This document shows positions 1 to 9,602 of a DNA stretch of 64,000 bases, piece by piece. The DNA comes from an uncultured Planctomycetota bacterium (GTDB taxonomy: Bacteria > Planctomycetota > Planctomycetia > Pirellulales > Lacipirellulaceae), in contig CAVRBU010000002.1 of NCBI GenBank assembly GCA_963719315.1, positions 2,089,762-2,153,761 of the forward strand. Reading direction: 5' to 3'. A model generated the notes under the pieces. It saw nothing but the letters and a program-made list of their open reading frames with translations, was not told the DNA's origin and did not search any database. The position numbers were made by a program, and so were the translations under genes. Positions within the stretch are counted from its first letter, which is position 1; each line of letters begins with the position of its first letter.

Positions 1-2
1 GC

Positions 3-731
3 GTGTCGTGGACCGGCAACGCCGATGTCGATGTTTCCGTTGAGGAACCCACCGGCACGGTCTGCTCCATTGCCGATCCGCGCACCGCCGGCGGCGGCGT
101 TAACCTCGGCGATGCTTATGCGGTCGAAGGCAAACCGAACGACAGTTCAAGCGAAGTGTACGTTTGCCCGAAGGGGTTCGCTGGCACGTACCGCGTGATG
201 ATTCATCGCGTCTGGGGCGAAGTGGCAGCCGGCAAGGTGACTGTCGATGTCGACACGCACTTCCATTCAGGCGATACGCAGCACGAACGCCAGCAGCTCG
301 AGCTCAATGATAAGGACGCGTTGGTCGTCTTCGATCTCAACCGCGGGCGTCGGACCGAGCCGATCGAAACGGCCCAGCTTGCGAGTGCTGCTAAGCGGCA
401 ACAAACGTTGAGCCGTTCCGTGCTCGCCCAGCAGCTCAATAGCGGTTCCGATCCGCGCGTGGCGCCTGTCCGGCCATTTTCTCCGTTCGCGGGCCGAGGC
501 GCCTTTTTGGGCGGCGGCGCTGTCGGATTCCAGCCAATCGTGCAGACGTTGCCCGAAGGTCGGATGATGACCGCGTCGGGTGTGGTCTCAGCGGATCGGC
601 GTTATGTGCGAATCGCCGTGGCGCCGATTTTCTCGAACATCGGCGACGTGCAGACGTTTACATTTGCCGGCCAAGCGAATCCGACACCCGGAGGCGCCGG
701 CGGGGCTGGCGGAGCAGGCGTGCTCCCCTAG
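3..731 (+). CDS. C-terminal part of a planctomycete hypothetical protein (DUF2135/YfaP-like segment plus ADRRYVR secretin-like C-terminal motif); 5'-truncated by the window edge
   Basis: ORF open from the window start; SWTGNADVDVSVEEPTG motif and C-terminal GFQPIVQTLPEG...VVSADRRYVRI..PIFS motif. Confidence 0.55.
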   Translation: MSWTGNADVDVSVEEPTGTVCSIADPRTAGGGVNLGDAYAVEGKPNDSSSEVYVCPKGFAGTYRVMIHRVWGEVAAGKVTVDVDTHFHSGDTQHERQQLELNDKDALVVFDLNRGRRTEPIETAQLASAAKRQQTLSRSVLAQQLNSGSDPRVAPVRPFSPFAGRGAFLGGGAVGFQPIVQTLPEGRMMTASGVVSADRRYVRIAVAPIFSNIGDVQTFTFAGQANPTPGGAGGAGGAGVLP

Positions 732-734
732 TTG

Positions 735-1652
735 TCACACCTGAGTCGCCAAGAGCCACACTAGAATACCCTTTTGCACGTGCATCCGGTTCGTGGCCTG
801 CGCGACCACCACGCTATTGGGTCCGTCGATCACTTCATCGGTGACTTCTTCGCCCCGATGAGCGGGCAGGCAGTGCAAGAAGATCGCGTCCTTCGGCGCG
901 TCGGCCATCAGCTTCGCGTTCACTTGATAATCGGCGAAATCGCGCTTCCGCTGTTCGCGCTCGCTCTCCTGGCCCATGCTGGCCCACACGTCGGTGTACA
1001 CAGCGGCCGCTTCGCGCACGGCCGCGCGCGGATCGTGCGTCGTCGTGAGATCGAGCGCCGGTAGCGCCTGCTTTGCTTCGCGAACGAATTCGGCATCGAG
1101 TTCGTAACCGGGCGGCGTGCAGACGGTCAGCCGCACGCCGAGGTGGCCGCATCCTTCCACCAAACTGCGGGCCACGTTGTTCCCGTCGCCGACCCACGTC
1201 AAATGCAAGTCCTTAAGCGCACCGCAATTCTCTCGAAGCGTAAATAAATCGGCTAGCACCTGGCACGGATGGGCGAGATCGGTGAGGCCGTTGATCACCG
1301 CGCATGACGCGTGTTCGGCAAACTCCACGACCGTCGCATGCCGTTTGGACCGCATTACGACGACATCCACCATTTCGCTCAACACCCGGGCGAAATCGGC
1401 CACACTCTCGCGTTTGCCGAAGCCGGTGTCGTCGCCCAGCATGATGCTGCCGCCGCCCAATTGCACGATGCCGGCTTCAAAGCTGACGCGCGTTCGCAGC
1501 GATTGCTTTTCGAACAACAGCGCCAGCACGCGCCCGGGCAGCAAGGCCTCGCGCAGGCCTTGGGAGAATTTCGTCTTCAAATCCTCGGTGATTGCAAAGA
1601 TCCGCTGGATCTCGGCGTCGGAAACGTCGGCGAGTGTCAGCAAGTGCCGCAT
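735..1652 (-). CDS. argF: Ornithine carbamoyltransferase
   Basis: SLRTRVSF carbamoyl-phosphate motif, HPCQ, YTDVWASMGQE, FLHCLP; downstream of argB-argD. Confidence 0.95.
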   Translation of the reverse strand: MRHLLTLADVSDAEIQRIFAITEDLKTKFSQGLREALLPGRVLALLFEKQSLRTRVSFEAGIVQLGGGSIMLGDDTGFGKRESVADFARVLSEMVDVVVMRSKRHATVVEFAEHASCAVINGLTDLAHPCQVLADLFTLRENCGALKDLHLTWVGDGNNVARSLVEGCGHLGVRLTVCTPPGYELDAEFVREAKQALPALDLTTTHDPRAAVREAAAVYTDVWASMGQESEREQRKRDFADYQVNAKLMADAPKDAIFLHCLPAHRGEEVTDEVIDGPNSVVVAQATNRMHVQKGILVWLLATQV

Positions 1653-1657
1653 GGTAA

Positions 1658-1737
1658 TAGCAGAGGGCATGGAGCAGGGAGCATGGAGGTGGGTGTACGA
1701 AGTTCGGTGTCTGACTCCCCGCTCCCTGCTCCTTGCC
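1658..1737. repeat. Inverted heptamer array (GGAGCAG-type arm / CTCCCTG-type arm) between argD and argF
   Basis: gcagagggcatggagcagggagcatggag ... ctccccgctccctgctccttgcc. Confidence 0.7.
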
Positions 1738-2937
1738 TTAGTGATGGTTTCTCAACACGTCGGCCAGGATTTCGCAGCCTTCGTCGACTTGTTCGTCGGC
1801 GAGCGTCATCGCGGGCAGCAGACGGATTACAGTTTGCTGCGTGCAGTTGATGAGCAGGCCTCGATCCAAACACTTGGCGACGATCGCCGCGCCGTCGAGG
1901 GTCAGCTCCAAGCCGATCATCAGGCCGCACACCCGCAATTCGGAGGCGATTGTCAACTCGTCCACCAACGGCGCGAGCCGCTGGCGAAAGCGCTCGCCCA
2001 ACTGCACGGCCCGATCCAGCAAGCCATCTTCGTCGATGGTTTCAATCGTGGCGATGCCGGCCCGGGCGGCAATCGGGTTGCCGCCGAATGTTGCTGCGTG
2101 CATTCCGGGCCGCAGGCTGGTGGCCAGCTCGGCCGTCGTCATCAGCGCCGCCCCCGCCACCCCGCCGCACAAACTTTTGGCGAGCGTCATGATATCCGGC
2201 GTAACGCCCGTGTGCTGGTAAGCGAACCATTTACCGGTCCGGCCGCAGCCGCATTGCACTTCGTCGAAGATGAGCAGCAATTCGTGCTCATTGGCGAGTT
2301 CCCGCAGCCCCTGCAAAAACCCAGGCGGCGGGATGCGGATGCCGCCCTCGCCCTGCACCGGCTCGATCATGATCGCGCACGTCTCGCGGTCGACAAGGTT
2401 GCGAACAGCTTCCAAGTCACCGTAAGGCGCGTAAGAAAACCCGGCCAACAGCGGGCCGATGCCTTCATGGTACTTCGGCTGCGCTGTTGCACTTGTAGCG
2501 CCATACGTTCGCCCATGAAATCCGCCGCGAAACGTGATGATCTTATAACGCCCATCCGTCGCGTGGAGCCGCGCCAACTTAATGGCCGCTTCATTGGCCT
2601 CCGCGCCCGAATTGCAAAAGAACGCCTTGCCGCCGAAGCTCCGCTCCGAAAGCAATTGTGCCCACCGGCCTTGGGCCTCGGTGTGCCACGTATTGGGCAC
2701 GTGAATCAACTCGGCCGCTTGCCGCTGAATGGCCTCCACGACCCGCGGCGGACAATGCCCCAGCAAGTTGCAGCCCCAACCGGGAAAGAAATCCAGATAC
2801 CGCCGCCCCTGGTCATCCCACACATACGAACCCGCGCCACGCACGAGCGACACGGGAAACCTCGTGTAATTCGGCACCACGTACCTGGCGAACAGCTCGG
2901 CCGTTTCGGGTTTCATGCTGGTTGTGGTAGTGGACAT
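1738..2937 (-). CDS. argD: Acetylornithine aminotransferase (class III PLP)
   Basis: [44 protein letters not shown] motifs; lies between argB and argF. Confidence 0.93.
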   Translation of the reverse strand: MSTTTTSMKPETAELFARYVVPNYTRFPVSLVRGAGSYVWDDQGRRYLDFFPGWGCNLLGHCPPRVVEAIQRQAAELIHVPNTWHTEAQGRWAQLLSERSFGGKAFFCNSGAEANEAAIKLARLHATDGRYKIITFRGGFHGRTYGATSATAQPKYHEGIGPLLAGFSYAPYGDLEAVRNLVDRETCAIMIEPVQGEGGIRIPPPGFLQGLRELANEHELLLIFDEVQCGCGRTGKWFAYQHTGVTPDIMTLAKSLCGGVAGAALMTTAELATSLRPGMHAATFGGNPIAARAGIATIETIDEDGLLDRAVQLGERFRQRLAPLVDELTIASELRVCGLMIGLELTLDGAAIVAKCLDRGLLINCTQQTVIRLLPAMTLADEQVDEGCEILADVLRNHH

Positions 2938-2941
2938 ATTT

Positions 2942-3832
2942 TTAGGAAGCCACGATTTCCGTCCCAATCCCTTGGTTCGTATAAATCTCCAACATCAACG
3001 AATGGCGAATCCGCCCATCGATGATGTGAATCTTCCGCACGCCTTTTTGCAACGTCTCCAGGCAGGCTTCGACCTTGGGGATCATCCCCGCTTCGATGGC
3101 CCGTTCGGCGATCAGCCGGCTGGCGTCCTTCGCGGTGAGCGAATGAATGAGCGTGTCGGGATCATTTTTGTCCTGCCGCACGCCGTTCACGTCGCTCAAA
3201 AACACCAGCTTCTCGGCGCCTAACGCCTGGGCCACCGCGGTCGCGGCCGTGTCGGCGTTCACGTTCAGTCGCTCGCCCGTTTCCGTTTCGCACATGGATG
3301 GGATGACCGGCACTTGGCCGGCGTAGCACAGGTTTTCGATCGTATCGCGATTGACGCGCGTAACACGGCCCACATGGCCCAAGTCGATCGGCTTCCCGTC
3401 TTCGCCCGGCAACGTGATTCGCTCGCCATACAGCGCATTGTTGTTCTTTTCGCCGGCAAAGTTCAGCGGCATCGCCCGCCCGCCAAAGTCTTCGATGCAC
3501 TTGGCGATTGATTCGTTGATTTCGCCGGCCAGCACCCGTTCGACAATCTTGAGAGTCGCATCGTCGGTATAGCGCCGGCCTTGAATGAATCGCGGTTCGA
3601 TCTTCGCTTTGGCCATCGCCCGCGTGATCGCCGCCCCGCCGCCGTGCACGACGATCGGCCGCATGCCGACCGTTTCCATGAACACGATATCCACGAGCAG
3701 ATGCCGCAGCGCTTCGGGGTCCTCCATCACGCTGCCGCCGAGCTTGATGACTGTGATCTTGTCCCGAAACTGCCGAATCCACCCCATCGCCTCGATGAGC
3801 AAGTCCGCCTTCTCGATTGCGTCTTGGACCAC
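2942..3832 (-). CDS. argB: Acetylglutamate kinase
   Basis: [27 protein letters not shown] motifs. Confidence 0.95.
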   Translation of the reverse strand: MVQDAIEKADLLIEAMGWIRQFRDKITVIKLGGSVMEDPEALRHLLVDIVFMETVGMRPIVVHGGGAAITRAMAKAKIEPRFIQGRRYTDDATLKIVERVLAGEINESIAKCIEDFGGRAMPLNFAGEKNNNALYGERITLPGEDGKPIDLGHVGRVTRVNRDTIENLCYAGQVPVIPSMCETETGERLNVNADTAATAVAQALGAEKLVFLSDVNGVRQDKNDPDTLIHSLTAKDASRLIAERAIEAGMIPKVEACLETLQKGVRKIHIIDGRIRHSLMLEIYTNQGIGTEIVAS

Positions 3833-3986
3833 GGGCTTCTCAACTCACATCGGGGGAAATACGGACGCAGCCGGCATCGACAAGGTTCGCGGACAACGGC
3901 ATTTCATAGAACAATAAGGCCAATCCCGTATTCTAAAATCGCGTCCAGACAGGGTCAACGCAGAAAATAGAAGGTAGTCAAAACCT

Positions 3987-4046
3987 GTAGGGTGGGCGCC
4001 GCCCACCAACGATGCCGCAATCCTGTGGTGGGCAGTGCCCAACTTA
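3987..4046. repeat. GTAG-type REP-like palindrome doublet
   Basis: gtagggtgggcgccgcccacc ... ggtgggcagtgcccaactta. Confidence 0.65.
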
Positions 4047-4053
4047 GTTTTCG

Positions 4054-4160
4054 GATTAGCCGCGGGACGCTAGCCCCGCTTTTCCTGCGCAAATACCGGA
4101 CGTTAGCGCGTGGCCACCGATTCAGCTAACCCTAATACTTGGCTTTGACAAAGCACCTAG
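4054..4160. repeat. Degenerate relative of the MITE at 39801-39934
   Basis: agccgcgggacgctagcccc interior and tgacaaagcacctag right end resemble the 39.8 kb element. Confidence 0.55.
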
Positions 4161-4233
4161 TTAGACCGAGCGATTCGTGGGAAGATGGCGGGCACAAATC
4201 CCCATGCTTTTCAGCGCCGTTTTTCCCGCGAAC

Positions 4234-5031
4234 ATGCCCCAAACTCTGGCGATCATCCTGGCGGCCGGCAAAGGCAAGCGGATGGCTTCCGATTTGCCCA
4301 AAGTGCTGGTGCCCGTTTGCGGCCGGCCGATGATTCGATACGTGATCGACGCCCTCCGCACCGCCGGCATCGAGCGGATGTTGATCGTCGTCGGCTACCG
4401 CGGCGATCTCGTGCGTCGTGAGCTGGCGAGCGAACCCGGCCTCGAATTCGTCGTGCAGACGGAGCAGCTCGGAACTGGCCACGCAATGATGATGTGTCGC
4501 GATCGGCTGGAAGTTCAAGAAGGTCCGGTGCTGATCCTGGCGGGCGACTCGCCGATGGTCCAGGCGACGTCGCTCGAGGCGCTATTGACCGAATTTGCCG
4601 CCCGCCGGCCCGCGTGCCTGCTGGGGACGGCCCGGAAACCCGACCCGACGGGGTTGGGTCGCGTCGTCCGCAACCAGCAGGGCGGTTTTCAAGCGATCGT
4701 CGAAGAACGAGACGCCACGCCGGCCGAGCGGGAAATTACGGAAGTCAATCTCAGCACCTACGTTTTTTGCCCGCAGGCCCTGCTGTCGTCCCTTCAGCAG
4801 TTGACGGCCAACAATGTTCAAGGCGAGTATTACCTGACCGACTGTCCCGGTGTCCTGAAAGCGGCGGGCGAGCGCGTCGAGGCCCTCTGTGTGCTGAAAT
4901 CGTGTGAAGCCCTCAGTATCAACACTCCCGAGGAGTTGAAGGTGGTCGAAAACGAAATGGAGAAATTGCGGATTGCGAAGGCACCCGGCGAAAATCCGCA
5001 ATCCGCATTCCGCAATCTGAAATCGCAATGA
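4234..5031 (+). CDS. GlmU-like sugar-phosphate nucleotidyltransferase (uridyltransferase domain only)
   Basis: ILAAGKGKRM.SDLPKVL, EQLGTGHA, GEYYLTD; no hexapeptide acetyltransferase domain; overlaps the prs start (ATGA). Confidence 0.85.
   Translation: MPQTLAIILAAGKGKRMASDLPKVLVPVCGRPMIRYVIDALRTAGIERMLIVVGYRGDLVRRELASEPGLEFVVQTEQLGTGHAMMMCRDRLEVQEGPVLILAGDSPMVQATSLEALLTEFAARRPACLLGTARKPDPTGLGRVVRNQQGGFQAIVEERDATPAEREITEVNLSTYVFCPQALLSSLQQLTANNVQGEYYLTDCPGVLKAAGERVEALCVLKSCEALSINTPEELKVVENEMEKLRIAKAPGENPQSAFRNLKSQ
4965..5027. repeat. Inverted heptamer array (ATTGCGG / AATCCGC) in the 3' end of the glmU-like gene, abutting the prs ATG
   Basis: attgcgg attgcga ... aatccgc aatccgc attccgc aatctga aatcgca atg. 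Confidence 0.8.
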
Positions 5032-5973
5032 ACGACCTCAAAATATTCAGCGGCACCGCCAACCAGGCGCTCGCCAAACGAATCACCGATTACCTCGGTG
5101 TGCCGCTCGGCGACGTCGGCTTGGGAAGATTCCCGGACGGCGAAATCTCCTGCAAGATCAACGAGGACGTGCGCGGTCGCGACGTGTTCCTCATTCAGCC
5201 GACCTGCCCGCCGGTGAATGAAAACATCATGCAGTTGCTGATCATGATCGACAGCTGCGCTGCGGGCCAGCGCCGAGCGGATCACGGCCGTCATTCCCTA
5301 CTTCGGCTATGCCCGGCAGGATCGCAAGGATGAGGGCCGGGTGCCCATCACCGCCAAGCTCGTCGCCAATCTGATCACGCGGGCCGGCGCCAATCGCGTG
5401 CTGACCATGGACCTGCACGCCGCTCAAATCCAAGGCTTCTTCGATGTGCCGGTCGATCACTTGTACGCGGCGCCGGTACTCAACGATCATTTCCTCCATT
5501 CGGGCATCGACCTGTCGAACACCGTCATCGTCAGTCCCGATGAAGGCAGCATCAAACGCGCGCTGGGCCACGCCAAACGCATCGGCGGCACGGTGGCGAT
5601 CATCGACAAGCGCCGCATGAGCGCCGACACGACCGTGCAAGCCCACATCCTGGGCGGCGAGGTCGCAGGCAAGGTCGCACTCATGTTCGACGACATGATC
5701 AGCACGGCCGGCTCGATCACCGGCGCGGCCAAAACCCTGCACGAACACGGCGTCAAAGAAATTCACGTCGCTGCGACGCACGCCGTGCTCTGCGGCCCGG
5801 CTGTCGACCGGCTCAAAGCGGCCAAGCTCGATAGCCTGGTCGTCACCGACTCGATTCCACTTCGCGAAGACCAAATCCTGCCGCAAACGCAGGTCCTCAC
5901 CGTCGCGCCGCTCTTGGGCGAGGCGATCAAGCGTATCCACCGCAACGAGTCGGTGAGCCGGCTGTTTCGATAG
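5028..5973 (+). CDS. prs: Ribose-phosphate pyrophosphokinase (frameshift near 5259, probably a sequencing indel)
   Basis: FPDGEI, RGRDVFLIQPT; DLHAAQIQGFF, VSPDEG, DDMISTAGS; removing one base near 5259 restores DSCLRASAERITAVIPY. Confidence 0.92.
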
Positions 5974-6150
5974 GCCGCGACCTTGAGCGTTCGCCCTACG
6001 ACGAATTGGTCGACCTCCCGGACGCTGCCCGATGTGCGGGTGGGTGGTGAGCCAAGGAGAACGGGTCCTCCGCACAGTAACGCCGATGGTGCCGGAACTG
6101 GCAAAATCCCCTCGTACTTACGGAATTACCTGTCTTCAGGTGGTGTCCTA

Positions 6151-7328
6151 TACCCTGCGTGGGGATAAATGATCTGTTCCCGAGTAGCTGATTTGTTGTA
6201 CAAGGCCCTTATGTCGCCATCGAGGAGGATGGCGTGTTGCTGGCAAGGAGGGCTGTCATGGCTTGGTTTCGAGTCCGATTGACGGAAGAGGAACAGCGAA
6301 TTGTCGCGGCCGAGCGGGAGTCTCATCCGGAGTCGCATGTCCGCCGCAAGATGCTGGTGTTGTGGTCGCTGCAGTGTGGTTTGAAGCGATCCCAGGCGGC
6401 GAAATTGGCGGGGGTCGGAGTGGCGACCGTCGGGCGGTACGTTGCGGCCTATCGTGATGGCGGGTTGGAGGGTCTGCGGCGGTGGAATGTGCAAGGGCCC
6501 GTGAGCGACTTGGCCGCCTATCGCGACGTGATCCGCGCGTTGTTCGAGAACCAGCCGGTCCGCACGACCGCGGAAGCCTGCAAACGCATTTACCAACTGA
6601 CCGGCCTGCGGCGGGGACTGTCGCAAACTCGCAAGTTCCTGAAAGACATGGGACTCAAGTGGCAGCGGGTCCGGGCGCTCCCCGTGCCGCCCAAAAAAAC
6701 TTGGCCCAGCATGTCGCCGAGCAGGCCCTGTTTCACGACGTCGAACTGAAGCCCCGCCTCGACGCCGCCGCCCGAGGGCGGGGACACGTCTTCTTCGTCG
6801 ATGCGGCCCACTTTGTGTACGGGACGTTCCTGTGCTGCTTGTGGTCGTTCACGCGAATCTTCGTGCGGGCCGCCTCGGGCCGCCAGCGGTTCAATGTCCT
6901 GGGAGCCTGGAACGCCGTGACCCGCGAACTGGTAAGCGTGACCAACACCACGGTCGTCAACACGGAAACGATGTGCGAGCTGTTGCGGAAGATCGCTGCC
7001 CTCGGTCTGGCCGGACCGATCACGTTGGTGCTGGACAACGCTCGCTACCAACGTAACGCCGCGGTGCAAGCGTTGGCGACGCAACTGGAAATCACGCTGC
7101 TGTTCCTGCCCTCCTACTCGCCGAACCTGAACCTCATCGAACGGCTTTGGAAGTTCATCAAGCGGCGGGCCATCTATGGGCGTTACCATCCCGGATTTCA
7201 AGAGTTTCAAGCCGCCATCCAAGAAACAATCGCCGACCTCGCAACCCGCCACGCCGAACCCCTCAAATCCCTCATGACGCTCAACTTTCAGCGATTCGAA
7301 GATGTCTCATTGCTGGCCGCGTAGGGTA
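6151..7328 (+). mobile_element. IS630-family insertion sequence, complete copy
   Basis: Ends TACCCTGCG / CGTAGGGTA, each flanked by TA (6149-6150 and 7329-7330); HTH ORF plus DDE ORF. Confidence 0.92.
6258..7324 (+). CDS. IS630 transposase in two overlapping frames joined by a probable programmed -1 frameshift at A7 (6693-6699)
   Basis: AAGGAGG RBS before ATG 6258; second frame has FFVDAA, VLDNARYQ, LPSYSPNLNLIERLW; CCCAAAAAAAC is present in both IS copies. Confidence 0.88.
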
Positions 7329-7578
7329 TAGAATCGCATCGCCGGGGCGAACGCTGTGCCGTTCGCCGTCGAGTTCCATCGTGCCCTCGCCTTCCAGGAT
7401 GTAATAGATTTCTGTGAGCCGCTTGTGGTAGTGCGTCCGGGCGTCAATCGAAATATCGACAATGTGCAACGACGCCACACCCTCCGCATCGTCCACAAAC
7501 GCCCGCCGCGTTTCGCCGCACGGGCATTGGACGGCTGGCAACTCGGACGGACGGGCGATTTGAAAGAGCTTGGCCACG
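7329..7578 (-). pseudogene. Cupin-domain gene truncated at the IS630 right end
   Basis: HYHKRLTEIYYILEGEG.MELDG...VRPGDAIL, then the frame enters the IS at the TA. Confidence 0.75.
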
Positions 7579-7596
7579 TAAGACTCAAGGTCACTC

Positions 7597-8139
7597 TTAC
7601 ATTCCACGTTTCTTTTGCCGAAATACCTCAATCACGTAATACGGCCCAGGTTCGCAACCGTGTCCCTCACATCCTCGGGCGAATTCAAAAGCGGATTCCA
7701 GTGTCTCGAGTAGACAGTGCTGATTGGTTTGAACTTCCGACGCCATGCCGTTGCACGACAGCGGCGAACACTCAAAGTCATTGCCCGTACTTGAACTTAC
7801 GACATCAAACCCTAACTTCTCGAACTTTTCATCGAGCGGTATTACGTCCAGTTTCGGCAGTTCAAGCGGCGACGGAATACCTTCTCGAAACTCAACCGCA
7901 AACTGCCGGTACGCGTACAAATCAAAATCCTCGCGGTTATCCTCACTTACGACGCTCCACGCCAATTCAGGAGTGTCAAACGTCCAGCGGTCATTGTGAC
8001 GCCACGCATCGATCCAATTGTCGGGTGCTGCGGACATACAGTTTGAAACGCTGCAAATCTCTTGTACGTTTGGCGCACGGAGCCACTCCGGCCTTTTCAT
8101 CGTTCGTTTTGGAAAATAGCCAATCAGCGTGCTTTCCAT
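7597..8139 (-). CDS. Hypothetical Cys-rich protein (180 aa)
   Basis: Clean ORF co-oriented between the oxidoreductase and cupin genes; lower GC than flanks. Confidence 0.7.
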   Translation of the reverse strand: MESTLIGYFPKRTMKRPEWLRAPNVQEICSVSNCMSAAPDNWIDAWRHNDRWTFDTPELAWSVVSEDNREDFDLYAYRQFAVEFREGIPSPLELPKLDVIPLDEKFEKLGFDVVSSSTGNDFECSPLSCNGMASEVQTNQHCLLETLESAFEFARGCEGHGCEPGPYYVIEVFRQKKRGM

Positions 8140-8165
8140 GCTTGTACCGTTTCACCCGCGCGCGC

Positions 8166-9329
8166 TCACTCAACCTTCTCCACCTTCGCCCATTTCCCTT
8201 CATCAATCGACTTCTCCACCGCATCCAGCACCGCTACGCACTGTGCCCCGTCGCGGAAGTCGGCCATGATCGTCGGCTTTTTGTTGATCGCACCCATCAG
8301 TTCGTACACCGCGTGCACGAACGTGTGCTCGTAGCCGAGCACGTGCCCCGGCGGCCACCAGTTGCCGGCGTACGGATGCACGCCCTCTGTCGCCATGATT
8401 TGCCGAAAGCCCTGCCGGCCGGCGGGGTCTGCACAGTTGTAAAACTGCAACACGTTCATCTCTTCGAAGTTGAACACGAGCGAACCCTTGCTGCCGTTGA
8501 TCTCGATGCGGTTGTAATTCTTCCGGCCGGGCGCTAGCCGCGTGGCTTCGAATGAGCCGAGCGCGCCGCTGTTGAATTTGGCCAGGAACAGCGTCGCATC
8601 ATCGACCGTCACCTTCTCGGTGCCCTCGCCAGCCGTGGCGGTGAGACCGGCCGACCGCCCTTCGGCCGGGCGCTCGGTGATGAATGTCTTCTTCATACCA
8701 ACGACCTCCGCGATGTCACCGGCCAGGAAACGGGCCATATCGACGTGATGCGCGTTAAGGTCGCCGTTCGCGCCGGAGCCGGCCGCCTCCTTCCGCAACC
8801 GCCAGTTCATCGGGAACTTCGGATCGTTGAGCCAGTCCTGTAGATACGTCGCGCGAAAGTGGCGAATTTCGCCGATCTCGCCGGCCGCGATCATCTGCTT
8901 CGCCAGCGCCAGCGCCGGCACCACGCGGTAATTGAAGTTCACCATGTGCACCACCTTGGCCTTGCGGGCCGCATCGAGCATTTCCCGCGCGTCTTTGAGA
9001 TTGAACGCCAGCGGCTTCTCGCAGAACACATGCTTGCCGGCCTTCGCCGCGGCCACCGCCATCTCGTGGTGCAGCCCGCCGGGCGTCGCGATATCGACCA
9101 CATCGATATCCTTCCGTTCACACACCTTGTGCCAATCGCTTTCGTGGCTCTCCCAGCCGAACCGCTTGGCGAACTCGGCCGTCTCATCCGCATGCCGGCC
9201 ACAAATCGCCTTCATCACCGGCTGCGGCTCGACATCGAAAAACTTGACCACCGTCATATAGGCGTTCGAGTGCGCCTTACCCATGAACTTCGTGCCGATG
9301 AGCGCTACGTTAACCGTCTTCGCCGCCAT
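8166..9329 (-). CDS. Gfo/Idh/MocA-family oxidoreductase
   Basis: VALIGTKFMGKAH, HVFCEKPLA, GDLNAHHVD. Confidence 0.92.
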   Translation of the reverse strand: MAAKTVNVALIGTKFMGKAHSNAYMTVVKFFDVEPQPVMKAICGRHADETAEFAKRFGWESHESDWHKVCERKDIDVVDIATPGGLHHEMAVAAAKAGKHVFCEKPLAFNLKDAREMLDAARKAKVVHMVNFNYRVVPALALAKQMIAAGEIGEIRHFRATYLQDWLNDPKFPMNWRLRKEAAGSGANGDLNAHHVDMARFLAGDIAEVVGMKKTFITERPAEGRSAGLTATAGEGTEKVTVDDATLFLAKFNSGALGSFEATRLAPGRKNYNRIEINGSKGSLVFNFEEMNVLQFYNCADPAGRQGFRQIMATEGVHPYAGNWWPPGHVLGYEHTFVHAVYELMGAINKKPTIMADFRDGAQCVAVLDAVEKSIDEGKWAKVEKVE

Positions 9330-9387
9330 GATCTTTCCTTTCACTTGGTACGCAAATGATGCCGCCCGTACAGCGTACCGCCAGTTT

Positions 9388-9462
9388 GTAGGGTGTGTCG
9401 AGTCCGCGAGACACACCTCGGTTTTCACGGTTGATGCGTCTCACAAACTCGACCCACCCTAC
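9388..9462. repeat. GTAG...CTAC REP-like doublet
   Basis: gtagggtgtgtcgagtccgcgagacacacc ... actcgacccaccctac. Confidence 0.65.
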
Positions 9463-9602
9463 GTTGCTCCGAGTGGGTGCCATGCACTCGCGGGCCGCTG
9501 TGTGAGCATGCCAACGCCTCTGCGCTTCAAAGCATGCCATCCACTCCCAAGCCACCGCTAGCTAGGAATTCGACGGGTGAGTCGATATACTCCACAGCGT
9601 CT

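Noticed and set aside
1117..3024. 635-aa plus-strand ORF and similar long ORFs (18255-19907, 16615-17865, 7356-8537, 14013-14951, 37122-38132)
   Set aside because: Antisense shadows of well-supported genes in high-GC DNA; no recognisable motifs.
6139..6150. GGTGGTGTCC as the terminus of a second IS next to IS630
   Set aside because: Too short, with no partner end or transposase.
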